DNA of 64,000 nucleotides from Balanoglossus misakiensis (Eukaryota; Animalia; Hemichordata). This document shows positions 1 through 13,250 of the stretch, piece after piece. The number at the start of each line of letters is the position of its first letter. Position 1 is the first letter of the stretch. The notes beneath the pieces were generated by a model. The model searched no databases and was not told where the DNA came from. It saw nothing but the letters and a program-made list of their open reading frames with translations. The translations under genes and the position numbers were made by a program. The stretch covers positions 6,721,846-6,785,845 of the forward strand of contig CM082577.2 in assembly GCA_040954595.2 (NCBI GenBank), given 5' to 3'.

Positions 1-112
1 ATGGAAGATAGAGGAAATTTTGCTCCTCAACCTTCCTGGCTTCATCGTGGAGCACTATGCCAAATGTGAGAATATAAATCATGTATATCCTTTTGATTAC
101 TTTCCTCAACAG

Positions 113-3100
113 ACGACACACAGTCCAATGATTCTAGCATGTTACAGTTTGGAACAGAAACAGAGAGTGCTGCCATGGGGTTAGCACTGGCACAAAGGAG
201 TCTGGCTGCCAGGTGCGTATGCCTCCCACCCCTCTCTAATACACTTGGATTACTTCTGAACCAGTGTTCTATAGGACAATGTGAAGATTGTTTATCGGCA
301 CATATGCAAATTTGACCACAGTTGCCATGGAGAGTGGAGAGCTAGCCAATCACAGGTCACAAAATGATGAAAAAATGATGCCAGACCTCAAATGTCAATG
401 TCGAACAGACAGATGCAATCAAGCCATGCAATTTGAGCTGAAGGAGTGAATACCACTTGAAAATTGAATCTATAATCGTTACAAATATTTTACTGATCTC
501 TTCATCTTCTAATTTTGTCTGCAGTGAGGTGCAGCGTGAAGCCAGAACACAAGGCGATGGCAGCGTGTCTCTGACGTCCGCTGGAAACAAATCCAAATAC
601 GAATCAATGTCAACAGGTGGGAAAAATACATAATGCTATCCGAGGAAAATCACCACTCTATCATTCAGTTCTGCTCAGTTGAACTAGGTCTGTGTATATT
701 TCATACCCTGGTGTGCTTTTCCACTTTCAGATGAGTTGAAACAAGCCATTGTGGCCATGATGGTGAGGAAGGATGAAACTGAAGAACAGAATAGGTCAGT
801 GTCCATTCAGTGTCTGTCATATCAGGATGAAGTCAGTGCAACACTTGATGCAAGGAGTGAGTTGCATGCTAACTCCCATTCACACCTCATTCGACTGTTG
901 TGATTTCCCCCCAGATCACTGAGGTCACTGCTTGACAGTGAAATGGAACATTCGGCTGCTCTGAGATTAGAAATTGAAGAATTGAAACAGGAGCACACGA
1001 CGTCAAGTGAGCAGCTCAACAACAAATTTCGGCTCTTGCAAGGTACAGTCCACTACCCATTACCGAAGCTTGTTTAGCTTCAGAATCTCTCATAGGTGTC
1101 ACATGCGTATTTGTTTCAGAGACTCCCATTATGAACACCGAAAAATGTGTTCTTGACTGAGGCTAACAGTGGCGTTGTTATTCTCGGTAAACAGAGAGAA
1201 TGAGCTGATCAAGAATCAACTGAAGAAATACGTCGGTGCTGTGCAGATGTTGCAGAGGGAAGGCTCGAATGCTGTTGAAGGTACAGTCAGATCATATAAG
1301 AGGGATAAGGAGCGTGCCTGTAGCAAGACATTGTGGCTCAGCAGTTTCATGTATTATTTCACACCAAGTCAATTGAAGATGTACTGACTTACGCACTTTA
1401 ACTTGATATGATATCAGAAACCAATACATGCATTAAATCCTTCAGTTTGGTCTTAAAGGGACACACTTGTTATCGTGTGAAAGTATATCAGCCATAACAT
1501 GAGATGTTATTTATCATTTGTCTTTCTGATCACTGAAACATTGTTGAACTCTGTATAGGATACACATGCCTGTATAGCATACATGTGATGGTGTTAGTGA
1601 CATCATATACAATGTACATGAAATGTTACAGGTCTGCCTGGCATTCGACAAGAGGAGCCTCAGCCCCCCATACCAGAGAAGAAGGAAGCATCCATAGATT
1701 ATAGGTTAGTGGTGTTAACTAGACCTCCCCATTAGCCCAGGTATCCCAGTCGTTGGAGTTTTTCAATCGCAAGTGAAATGTATATGTCTAGTGACCTACA
1801 GTATTTCCCTATTGAGAATACATAAGTACTACCGGTATGCCCTGTCTCATGCTTCGCAAACTAATACAATATTTATAATTTAATGATTTTTTTCTGCCTT
1901 TATAGCGAAGAGAGCCAGCAGTACGAGTATAAATTGATCCAAGTGGCAGAGATGCATGGTGAACTGATGGAGTTCAATGAAAGATTACACAAGCAACTCA
2001 ACTCCAAGGACAATCTCATCCGGAAATTGAAGGAAGAACTTGTTGATCTGCGAGGCCCAGTAAGTAGTCCAAATTTGTATCTGTAATATATATTTCATCT
2101 AATTTTTGTATGGGATGTATCGTATGCTATCGTATCGTATCATATTGTATTGTATTGAAGCGTGACAGACAGATGTTGATACTCAGATGGAAAAGCAACA
2201 AGAGAGAACTTGTGGGCTTGTCAGCTGATTCAAAATAAATTTGCATGAATGCTTACTGACTTTCTTCAGTCCATTTGTCATCTTTCACTCAGCTTCCTGA
2301 CAATAGTTCTGGTTCAGAAGATGGAAATGGCGACGACTCAGACAGGTGAGAAGATGATTGCATTCTGTGTGGTAATAAACATGATGTGTTTTTTTGTTTG
2401 TGTTTCCCACCAATGTGATAAATTTCTTTACTCAGCACCAATGTCACAAGTGTTGATTTTGTCTTCCATAATACTTTCCTTTTGTCAGTTCCATATCACC
2501 GGCCAACAGAGCTCTTGTCAATATATGGATACCGTCCGCATTTCTCAAAGGCAAGGGAAAAGATTCGTACCATGTTTACCAGGTAAGAAACACCAAGAAT
2601 AGTCCAGTATGTCTCCAAAGTCACACAGCTTTTTCAGCCTAGAGCAGTTTTGATTTAAAATTGATCAACTGTGTGCACTGGCAATATCTTCCATCCCTCA
2701 CTATCTTGACCGCGACACAGATTTTATGTGGAAGACTGGGCCTGTGATGATTCAATAGAGCTAGGTTGCTCTGCATTTCTTGTGGGTCAGACAGTCTGGC
2801 AACAGACCCCCGGTGGCAGGACGTTTATTGCAGCCATCACTTCTTGTTGCAGATCTACGTTAGGATAAAGGATGAGGAGTGGAACATTTACAGACGCTAT
2901 TCCCAATTTTACGACTTACACACCAAAATGAGGAAGATGAACCCCATGTTGAATACCTTTGATTTTCCACCAAAGAAAACACTAGGATACAAAGTAAGTT
3001 TTTTTTTCTTACTTTCCTGTGTAATTTCTGTAATTATTCGTGCTTTTAGCTGGCAGTATCTGTGAATAGTCAGGTTGAGGGGTTAACTTTCATCAATATG

Positions 3101-3390
3101 AAAATAAAAGGAATTGATATTTTGATAGTCAGACAGAATTAAATCCCACATGAGCAGCAGTGGAGGGTGACGTGATATGAGTGATTCTTGTACGAGTGAT
3201 TCTTCTTTTTTTTTTTTTGCTTTGGTCTGCGCAGGATGGTAAATTTGTGGAAGAGCGTCGGAAACGTCTTCAACACTACTTGCGGTGTCTACTCAACCTG
3301 TGGCTGCAGAACAGCCCCCAACTGTCCAGTAACACTTGCAAAGAAACGCTCACCAAGTTGATTCCTTTCTTCAGGTATGTGGTTGCCCCC

Positions 3391-3421
<31 letters not shown>

Positions 3422-3896
3422 ACACACACAAACTTTTGAAAAAAGATGTGGAATATTATTTAGGGATGCTTGTATTAAATAATACATAAAGAATTGTTAA
3501 ATTGAGCCATCAAACCCCTTCTAATTTTTGACAGGTGGGGCATAGCTTCCCAGATTATTCCTAATTGTAACACTGTTCCAGTATGTGTGTGTTTTATATT
3601 TATGTATGTGTGTGTGTGTGTTTGTGTGAATTATTTGCATGTTCTGTGTGTGTGTGCCCTTGGATGTACATGCATTGCAGACAGTCAAAAAACAAAGCAC
3701 ATCAAGAGACTCAGAGACAAAGCCGCAAAAGCTCAGCAAATGCATCACGCTGTCTGTTTTTTTTTTCTCACACAGGGAGCAACCACCTCAGGAGACAAAG
3801 AAGTCATCCAGGAAGTTCGGAAGGTCAAGCAAAACGACTGCCACATCGCCGACCCCACCACAGGAACTCCAGACTGCCCAGTATACCGGCCTATGA
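113..3896 (+). CDS. SNX29: Sorting nexin-29, 3' part (coiled-coil + PX domain); 5' exons lie outside the window
   Basis: GT-AG exons ~113-212, 525-616, 731-794, 915-1042, 1195-1280, 1632-1704, 1906-2059, 2293-2345, 2489-2582, 2853-2993, 3235-3374, 3776-3896. They encode ELKQAIVAMMVRKDE..RSLLDSEMEHSAALR, LKKYVGAVQML, LIQVAEMHGELMEFNE and a PX domain (VNIWIPSAFL..HVYQIYVRIKDEEWNIYRRYSQF..FPPKK..FVEERRKRLQHYL), all typical of SNX29. Confidence 0.93.
3386..3657. repeat. Poly-C, (CA)n and (TG)n tracts in the last SNX29 intron
   Basis: Poly-C + (CA)n at 3386-3429; imperfect (TG)n at ~3583-3657. Confidence 0.85.
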
Positions 3897-3935
3897 CATA
3901 AATGGAACGGACGACAAAAAAGAGGCTTTTTAAAA

Positions 3936-4600
3936 TTATTACACCTCACGTATTATACCATATTCGTGATTGGCTGAGACGCGCTCACGTGATATAGAAA
4001 AAAAAGTGATATAACATGGCTAGAGTTCATAAAGCCCTGTCGCGTGCGCTGATATTGCCCGCTGGGTTGTTTTGTGTTCTGCGCGCGACTTCTGCGCGTT
4101 CCAAACTGTCGTTCAATGGCTTCCTCCACGATCAGTCAACTCCCGCATCTATGGCTTCAAAGCGACACATAGGCTTAACACCTGTTCAACTGGACGATAT
4201 TTTACCACAAACGGACAGTAAATACAACAAAATCGCAACCAACAGTGCAGTATTTTCAAAATAATCTAAGTTCGAAGTAGGTATCGTATAATTCTTGGGA
4301 GATCGAGACATTTTACATTCTCAGCAACGTACGACATATGGACGCGCGTCTACGTTCTTCTATGCCTGCCTTGTATGTACGTTCAAATGTTCGGCGTAAT
4401 AAAATTAATAACACATGATGCTCGGGCAACATCACGATTTGAAGCCTGCCCTCGGGCTGGTGATCTCTGACCACAATATTGATGATACCCTCGCCTGCGG
4501 CTCGGGCATCATCAATATTGTAGTCAGAGATCACCATCCCTCGCGCAGGCTTCAAATCGTGATATTGCCCTCGCTATCATGTGTTATTATTTAACTATAA
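3936..4600 (+). mobile_element. Non-autonomous Crypton-like (tyrosine-recombinase transposon) derivative in the SNX29 3' UTR
   Basis: CpG-rich block in an AT-rich UTR. Long imperfect inverted repeat 4407-4588 with ...gccctcgcctgcggctcgggc-type core. A short ORF relic from 4151 (MASKRHIGLTPVQLDDILPQTDSKYNKIATNSAVF) resembles Crypton ORF N-termini as I recall them; family assignment not searched. Confidence 0.55.
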
Positions 4601-6202
4601 TATCTCTCCATGTAGGAGATTCACTTTACCGGAGTCAGTAAACGACACTTTCTGTTGTGATGTGATTTTGTACTATTCTGAAGTATTCAGCAGCGAAATT
4701 CTTGATCCTGCCTGTTTGTTTGATATTTTCCTGTGTGTCTGCATCACTAATTTTGCAGGTTTTTATCTCTCTGGTGCAATGTTATAGTGGCTGTCTTGAT
4801 GACATATGCCACATCTTTTCAGAGTGCTGTTTTTTCAGTACATTAAAACAGGTGTTTATCATAAAGTCCTTGGCTGTCAAGTTTTCGGTGAGTGCTTGAA
4901 ATGATCTGCAAAACAGTGCTTTGAACTTGTTCTGACTTTGTGCATGTTTTGACCCTTTCACCATCATGGTTTGGTCCAAATCTATTGTTTTTTTCTTATG
5001 GTAAACGCGGACCTCTACTGGGTGAAAGTTTATTATCAGACCAGCCTACAACTGGAATTCAGCAGTCCATGTTTCGAGATTTAGTAACTATTTTAAATAT
5101 ACTGAGCAAGATCACACAAAATCATGCAAATTTATTCATCACATGATTTTAGGACTTACCTTGATTGGTTATGATTTGTCATGTGACTATTCTTTTGGTA
5201 AATGTCGTGTGCACGTGGTCTGGTTTCGTCGTTGAGCTGTGCTGTTATGAACTATGATTGCTAGATTCAGTCATGTGATACTAAATGACTTTTAATGGAA
5301 ATTATTGATATGGTAATCATGTCTCGTAAGAAACTAATAGTATGTCTGAGGATCTGTCTTTCCATCGCACCTTTGTCGTCAAGACTGATGAGAAAAACTT
5401 GTTCAAGCAGCTGCTTTTAATTTTCAAAAGATAAATTGAGATTTCAACAGAGTATTCTAAGTTTTACGTTGATTTTTTTTCGGTCAGAAATTTTTCTTTA
5501 ATTCTGTCACAATTTGCATTGTGAATTTTATCAGCATACTTAAAGTGTGGACTCAGAGATTGCCCAGTTTTATGTGGCTAGATAGATAAATTGTATGTAT
5601 AAAATAGAAATTTTATCTGCGAATTTCAAAAGCAAGGGACATCTTCTGAATTATTATTTACAATTTGTGCTTGAGAGAATACACTGTCAACTTTCTAGTT
5701 TTACCAGAATACAGTTTTGAAATGTCTCTCTAGAACGCCACCTGTCAGTTATGTAATACAAATATCCTTTTGTTTTTCTCTGATGTATTCTGTGTCCAAG
5801 ATGGTTATTGGGATGTTTTTATGGTAAAACAAAGTCAAGATAATGAATAGTTAGCCTTTCTCTTTCTCTTTAATGAATGCATTTCAGAATAAAAATAATT
5901 GTGTGTATGTACTTCTTCTAGATCAGGGACTTTGGTACATCAATTACAATAATTGTATGTCCATTCAGTGATTAGGTGCTCAACACTGAATTTTTGTGTC
6001 ATGTGTTCTCGCACTCATATTACTCAGAGTGCTATTTCGTGTTTAATATGTGCAGTACATGAACATGGCTATTGTCTATAGAATTGTACAGAGGAAATTT
6101 CAACATATTATTCCACCTTTATAATAGTTGAACCATATTGTTTTCATTGCTGGTTAAAATCTGTATTGACTGGGGAACTGGCCGAGAAGTTATGCCAGGT
6201 TT

Positions 6203-6296
6203 TTAACCCTTTAACAACCATGGTTCAGTCGAAACCCATTGTTTTTCTATGGAAAGGTTGGACCTCTAAAGAGGGAACTGGGGGTGAAAGGGTTAA
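6203..6296 (+). mobile_element. ~90-bp TTAA-flanked MITE (piggyBac-like ends TTAACCCT...AGGGTTAA)
   Basis: Terminal TTAA and CCCTT/AAGGG inverted ends. Related copies at 4949-5032, 22411-22510, 25157-25248 (reverse) and 27007-27104 (reverse). Confidence 0.75.
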
Positions 6297-7938
6297 AAAA
6301 TAGTACATGTTTAAATTGTATCCTGCTGCATGTGTGGCTCCCGCTATATACAATGAAAACAGATTCGGCTGCACAGAAAGACTGTACTGACCATTGGTCG
6401 ATGTTTCTTTTTTTACTGTGGTGATCCCAAAACATCGATGAATCATTCTGTTCAGCTCAATCTGTTTTCATTGCATCAATGTCAAAACAGGATATTTGTA
6501 AGAGGACTGGCCTAATGCACGAGTATGAACATGCTGAAATGTTTCACAAAATCATCTTGATTAAAGAAGTATTGAAAATTCTGTTGAGCAGGACACCAAT
6601 GTGCCAGCGTGTTCTTTGCTCTGCATCCCCATATTTGGTGTTCCTCTTTTTTTCTGTACTGAACGTCGCATGAGGAAACAAACAGGAGGCCCTATTTATC
6701 TTGATTTGGTGGAAGGGGACATGCGTGAGATTGTCCTCCATCAGTGTAAAAAAAGATATTGTAGAATCTGTGAGTTGTATTGTGCAATTGCATGAAAGAA
6801 TAAATAAATATGATTTCAAAACTCAATACCGAATGGGTTCTGTTTGTCAATTCCAGAAATTCAGAAATTGAGAACCACAGGTTAATGGTGGAACCAGGTG
6901 TGATGTGCGAAATGGGTCAACTTGCTCTGCCAGTAGACCATACCCGTCAAGACTGACCCAAAGTTGACATTCAAGTGTAATTTGGCTATATAAACCAACA
7001 AATTACTTTAGTGAGTGATGACACTTATCATTTGTGTATTAGATGTGTCATATTTGGATGATCACCATGTCCACCATCACCATTGAATTGTTTTTATATA
7101 AATGATCTATATGTCCTTTCCATTTTGTACAGTTGTATCTTCACTTTTCTGGCTCCTAAATTTTCTGTTCATTGCATCCTGCCCACCTGTTGCTTGCACC
7201 ATCAGATTCATCTTTGTTGCATTTTCACATCATACTATTAGTTATCCACCCACACATTCAGGCAGTTTGTATCATCCTTTTAGAGTGTCATAAATCCTTC
7301 ATTTTTGTTGGAACATTTATTTTTCAAAATCCTCCAAAACCTCTGTTGATATTAAACAATCCAAGGTCTGATAATGACATTAAAGAAAGAAAGAAGGTTT
7401 GAAAGAGCGACGCAAGAACTCATAAATTCATAAATTGTTTTTATTTCTTGTCCAGTCACAGCCAATATACATATGGTTTTATATGTTGGGAAATACCAAA
7501 GAAAATTGTGTTGCCTGAAGTTTCTAAAACTATTTTTGATACATGTATTTGGTCACCAGTATCTTCTGTTTCAATTTGGATCATGCAGAGATATTCACTG
7601 TATTTTCAACTTCTCTGTACAAGGATAACTAGAAAAGCACATAAACATTTTCATTTGAAAAGCAATGTCACTTGATATACATTTGTCTGAGTTTATCGAC
7701 CACTGAAACTTTAGAGTACATTTACAGTAAGAAAGAAGGAACTACAGCACCTATTGGTGCAGTGAGAAAGCTCATAATGTGAATTACAAATATAAAAATG
7801 TCTAGCCACTATTATTACACATCAACACGGGAGTCTATTACATTCCATGTGTAGAATTAACAATGATGAAAGTATGCAATGCTTTAATGGTCCACAGTTG
7901 CATTTTGTTCAGCAAGTATTTGAATGAATTGTGTGTGT

Positions 7939-10266
7939 CTACATAGTACAGACAGCACACGTTAACTCATGCCCGTCAATGTATGGCCCACATGGAAGTC
8001 CGCCACCGGCCAAGCACCTACCCTCCACGTAGTAAAGTAATGCTCCATTTGTATTGGCGGATGTTCCTGGCAAAGTTTGGGCATTTCGGTCCAGGCAGAT
8101 GTACTCAGTGGAACGATATCCTTCATTCTGCCTGTTTGCCACCAGAAAGCCATAATACTCCCTGGTCCATGCGTGAGATGGACAGTCATTTCTTCCAGGC
8201 ACCATCAGAACCACACTTCTTTGTGGTACACGGCACACTGCGCATGGTGCATCGTGTTCACTCAAGTGGCCTAAAGGGCCATCAGGAAACTGATATTCTG
8301 TGGAGTAAACGTAAGCACGGGCTACACTCACTCCATCTACAGCATCATCATAAACTGGTACTTGTGGCATACACAGATATCTTGCAGCACTGCCTTTAGT
8401 ATTATAGTAATCACCACCTGTCATGCCTAGTAATAGGAATGAAAATAGGGTTAAGATGATCAAATTCCTCAACTTACACTCACATTGAGTTGGAATTGTT
8501 AACAAAATATTTTTGTTCATGCCCATCCTTATTTTTATAAATACTAATGACACTGTGCTCCCATTTGGGTCTATAGCTCTTTACTGAGGACGAGGATGCA
8601 TTTCTGCCATTCTCTTTTGTCCTCTGTTATCAAATCACCAATGGGTGTGCTGTTGTGAATGAGGAGGAAGTTGGGTTTATAAGCATTTAGTACATTAGAA
8701 TTTAAGTAACGTGTACACATATCAGTAATAGTTGGAGACAGGTAAAGTCATTTTTGATCAGTTCGTTTGAACCATTTTGTTTTCTCAACCCATTGCAGAA
8801 GAATGTTTTTCCCTACGCACCATCTGCCAATACCCCCCCCCCCCAACAAAATATCCTCTTTCCACCACACCGAAATCACATGGTTCTCCTCTTACCTGTG
8901 TAGACAAGCTCTGAGTTTCCAGGACAACTTGAGTGACCCCATCGTGTATAAACAGCGCCGGAATGGTCAAGAAATCCGCTGTCTAAATTGCAAACAAAAC
9001 ACAGTTTATGAGCACAAGCAGGTCATTAGGTCGACTACTGTCTCCCTATTAAACTAGTTTGTGAAAGACCTTGGCAGGCAAGGACGGAGCACACGGTATT
9101 ATCATGTAGGATTACAGGTAGTCTAGGATCCAGACAGTTCTTTCGCTAAGCGAGTTTGGATCTAGACTAAGGGTTGTTTATTTGGCCAAATGTATAGTAA
9201 AACATACACCAACCTATTTCTTTACTTACCACTGCATGTACTTGAGATTTCTCCAACGTCACAAAATTCATATCTAACACTACTGTCGGTCGTGTAACAC
9301 CAGGGGCCGATAGCTCCATCTGGATTTCTGCAATAGTTGTGATCACCAAGTCCAGCATCTGGGTAGTCATTGGGTGTACTAGTGTGTTCGTGTGGGCTCT
9401 GTTCCGTCCATTTTTGGCAGATCAACCCACTGACAGTCGTAGCCACCACGCCCCTGTAGTCCGAGCCATCAGCTTCTGTGTAACACTCTGTTCCTGTTTA
9501 ACATGGGAATATGCTTACGGTTACAACAGTCGCAGACAACGGAGAAATTCCAGAATTATAGGAATTATAATCGTGAACCGCAAATTATTGATTAAAAATG
9601 TACATGTAGGCCCCTACGTGGATACTTACCATAATTAGAGTGAGCGGAGTACGGGTTATCTTCGGTTAGGCCTACATTTGCATTCGTAAAGTTGACTTTT
9701 GCTTGTAAATGGTCGACTGACTGGTGATATACTGCGGCAGAATTCTGCAGGGCTTCATTCTCGTCCTGGCAATAATAAGATTGACAATAAGCGTAAACAA
9801 GTTTGGACAAGGAGTATGAAGAATTCATACATACTCTCAGATACCAGTGATAATGTTCATGTTTCGAGGCTTCTCATAAGAGTGGAACATGAATATCGAA
9901 AATCATGTCTAAAAATTTTGGCCTTGGCTGCCCATGCCTGTATGGCAAGAGGTGGTCCAGAATTCAGACTGGGCTTACTGTAAAGAAAAACAGCCACGTT
10001 GTTTCCATCAAAGCAGAGAAGTCGCATATTATGAACTATCGCGATCCGTGGGTTGTATCCAAAAAGTTTTGTTTCCCTACCTTTAAATCTTCTATCTCAG
10101 CCGATTGTTTCGCAGTCAGTTCTGTCAGTTCGTCTAATTTCTTCACAACTTCGTCTAACGTAAGTGATTCACCGCCGGCTGGCACGCTGTTACCAGTACC
10201 AACATTGAACGTCATAGAAACGGTGATGAAAAAGAAAAGAACCAAACATGGATGGTAGACGTGCAT
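7939..10266 (-). CDS. Secreted protein: signal peptide + coiled coil + kringle + short-chain collagen C4/NC1-like domain (gene A)
   Basis: Exons 10266-10081 (MHVYHPCLVLFFFITVS.. signal; LDEVVKKLDELTELTAKQSAEIEDLK), 9765-9630, 9493-9230 (kringle ECYTEADGSDYRG..CQKW..HNYCRNPDG..PWCYT..YEFCDV), 8982-8896 (GAVYTRWGHSSCPGNSELVYTG) and 8426-7939 (GG..YLCMP..EY..HDAPCAVC..CP..WTREYYGFL..YICLD..LLYYVEGRC..LPCGPY..ELTCAVCTM*). All phases join. Confidence 0.88.
9119..9169. repeat. Small TAGTCT...AGACTA hairpin element
   Basis: tagtctaggatccagac...gtttggatctagacta imperfect inverted repeat in gene A intron 3. Confidence 0.6.
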
Positions 10267-10415
10267 CTTGTCTGCGTCTATCGCTTTCTTTGAAGAGTAG
10301 GCCCGGCGTTCGGGACCAGGACTTTTTAAACTTTGGTAGATTAATGATTATACCGGAACTATGGTTTGAACTTATAATATACCGCATCATTTTGTCAACA
10401 AAAGCAAATTCATCC

Positions 10416-10441
10416 CCAAATATGGTTAATGGGGATTTCCC
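10416..10441. promoter_or_regulatory. CArG box plus canonical NF-kB site upstream of gene A
   Basis: CCAAATATGG at 10416-10425 matches CC(A/T)6GG. GGGGATTTCCC at 10431-10441 matches the kB consensus. Both lie 150-175 bp 5' of the gene A ATG. Confidence 0.5.
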
Positions 10442-10851
10442 GTGTGAGTCCCAACTTGCCAGATATTGTTCATCACCTCCAATAAATCAATAACAAAATC
10501 AATGCACGTCACTCACTGAGATGATCCAACGTTGACAACAATGATAATGTGGTACATGCCGTTGTCCGAATCGAACGTGCATTGTTTATTTTAGGTCATC
10601 GTAACTTGTAAAGTGACCTTGATATTTTTTCTGCAACACGTCATGGACATGCCCTCTTCTCGAAATGGGGAGAAAGGGTCGGGTTATGAGCATTTTCTTT
10701 TCTATTATACCATGCTATGCTGACTATCACTGGAGTAGTTCAATTATGACTAAAGATCAGTCATGTAACGCTTTTTGAACAAATGCCAATTTGTGTACGA
10801 ATCTTGAATTGTACAATATTTCTGTTAGTAATATGTTGGTGTGACGCAAAT

Positions 10852-11392
10852 GGGCTTACTATAAAGAAGGCCAACTACGCAATACAGTTTGGCCCTCGTG
10901 GGTTGTCTTCTTGAATATTTGTTTCCCTGTGTTAAAACTTCTATTTATCTCAGCCGACTGGTTCGCAGTCAGTTCTGTCAGTTAATCTAAGTTCTTAGCT
11001 TCGTCTAACGAAGTGATGATGCACCGCTTGGCAAGCTGTTATTGTTACCAGTACCGCATTTCGACGCCATGGGAATAGCAATGCAGAATTAAAGGCGCAA
11101 ATGGTTTATTGACCGTGCATGTTGTCTGTCTAATAGGTTTTTTTGAAGATGCAAAACACTGTTCAGAATACTATTACAACTTTCATACCTTGACTAAGAT
11201 TTGACCAGATGGTTCAGTGTATACCGTATCGTTTCGGCAAATTTATGCCCAAATATGGTCGTTAGAAGTTCCTGGGCCATCCCCGTTTTAGTACCGACTT
11301 GCCAGAAGTTAAGAATGTTCCACTGTTCACAACAATGACAATGTAGTACGTGCTGTTGTCCCACTAGGAGGCACATTGTTTATTGTAGGTCC
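10852..11392 (-). pseudogene. Degenerate tandem duplicate of gene A promoter + exon 1 + start of intron 1
   Basis: Aligns to ~9971-10600 (e.g. tatctcagccga.tg.ttcgcagtcagttctgtcagtt; ccaaatatgg; acaacaatga.aatgt.gtac.tgc.gttgtcc). Reads MHGQ* on the minus strand and has lost the splice donor. Confidence 0.85.
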
Positions 11393-11774
11393 TATTATGG
11401 AGCAATTTATCATTTTCTAAAAGCTAAGTTTGAAGCATATATTGAACTGTAACGTTTATGGTATTTGTTTATGGTATTTATGAGTAATGCTTCTCATCGA
11501 TCCTCAAATATTTAACCACGCCTACCTTTAATCTTTTGAACGACGCATCCGGATCAATTAAGGACAATCGTGTTTTTAGTCGGATCACCTGTATAATCAC
11601 ATGTCATATTGTACAAACAAATCAGAAGGACGCAGAATATTATCTGGAAGACGTTTTTGAATAACAGTCACATCGCGACAGAAGCTGGGCCAGGTTCGTG
11701 TCGACCGCGGTTGCTCTCCAGTTCCCGTATTGGGTCATTTCCCCCTTAACGCTAGACAAAAAGAACCTGACAAA

Positions 11775-13209
11775 ATGAAAACTATGTACGCTGGTATCTC
11801 GTATGTCAGTCTTTGCTGCACAATGTTTAGTTTGGCAGTAAATGCTGGATCAATTCCCAATAACATATCCCCCACTGCAGAACACGACATCTCTGATGTA
11901 GCGACACGTCTGCAAGACATCCAGAAGCTTGCGTTGGAACAAGGCAGGACTCTGGCATCTCTCAAGGTAAGAGTCAATCGTAGATAACCGAATGACTTTC
12001 CATGTTTTTGATTTTGAAAATGGATAATCGAACCCTTTGTCATACATCATATTGTACGATGTATTTTATACAACTTGGAGGAATAACAGATCAATGTATA
12101 AAACTGAGCACACTAAAGCTCACATGTAGGGGTTGAATAGCGTATTGATATAGTCGCGGGAAGCATCAGACTGAGGTGGTTGCGATGCTGAAATCTATCG
12201 ATTTATTACGTGATCGGACTGCATTATTATTAGTGAGTAAACCTCGTTGTATGTACATACGTATAGTTGACAGAGAGTAAACTTTACAGCAAAGTCTATC
12301 TCAGTTGAGTTTGCACATGGAACTTGTTAGTTACATGTAGTTGGTAAGATTACATTCAATGACCCTCGTGAAGTATGCGTCTATTAACTATACTCTGGTT
12401 TACAGGATCAAAATAAGCAGCTGAATGAAACATTTGCTGTACAAAAGGACAAAATCGACCAAATTCACGAAGGCATTGAGCAAAACTTTGGAAATGACAG
12501 CAAGTCATCTAACAGGAGCGATGTTACAATGTCATCAAATGGTCGCAATAAAGTAGTTTATTCTTCCATCAAAAAAGGTAAAATGTACGGTTAGTGAGAG
12601 TGTCTTTACGAACACGAGGAGTGAACAAAAATTGTAGGTGGGTGCAATCCTAGGATAGCGTGGCCATTTCCGTTTTTATCAAATACATCATTGCGCCCTT
12701 TAAAAAAACTAGTCGCGGTATGTGCACAAAGTCAAAATAGTGTCATTTGTCTACTGAGGATTTTGGAGGTTATTACTTGAAACATAATGGGCAGCATGCA
12801 TGTATAATATCATTATTCACAGATTTCGAAGAGCCTTTCAACAGCCAACACTCAGATGACCACAGTGGTAGCTTCGCGTCGACATCGACTATCAACGGTA
12901 AATCTCTCTGTCTTTCTCTGTGTGTCTCTCTGTGTTTACCTCTCTTTATCTCTATGTCACTCTCTCTCTCTCTGTCTCTCTATGTGTGTCTCTCTCTCCC
13001 CTTCTCCCTCTCATTAACATGCCTTCTTATCGGATCGGTGAAGCTATCTGTATTTCAGGTCAGGGTGTTCAAATGAAGGGAAACCATTTGATTGCGTCAG
13101 AAATTATAGGTGATTTTTGAATATTTCTGGGCATACAGACGTTGCAATGACTAAAATACCATTTTTTGTAGTATCCTGGAATCTGCCGATAATGATTTTT
13201 TGATTTATC

Positions 13210-13250
<41 letters not shown>

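Noticed and set aside
364-441. Possible C/D snoRNA (ATGATGA..CTGA) in an SNX29 intron
   Set aside because: No convincing terminal stem or rRNA-complementary guide.
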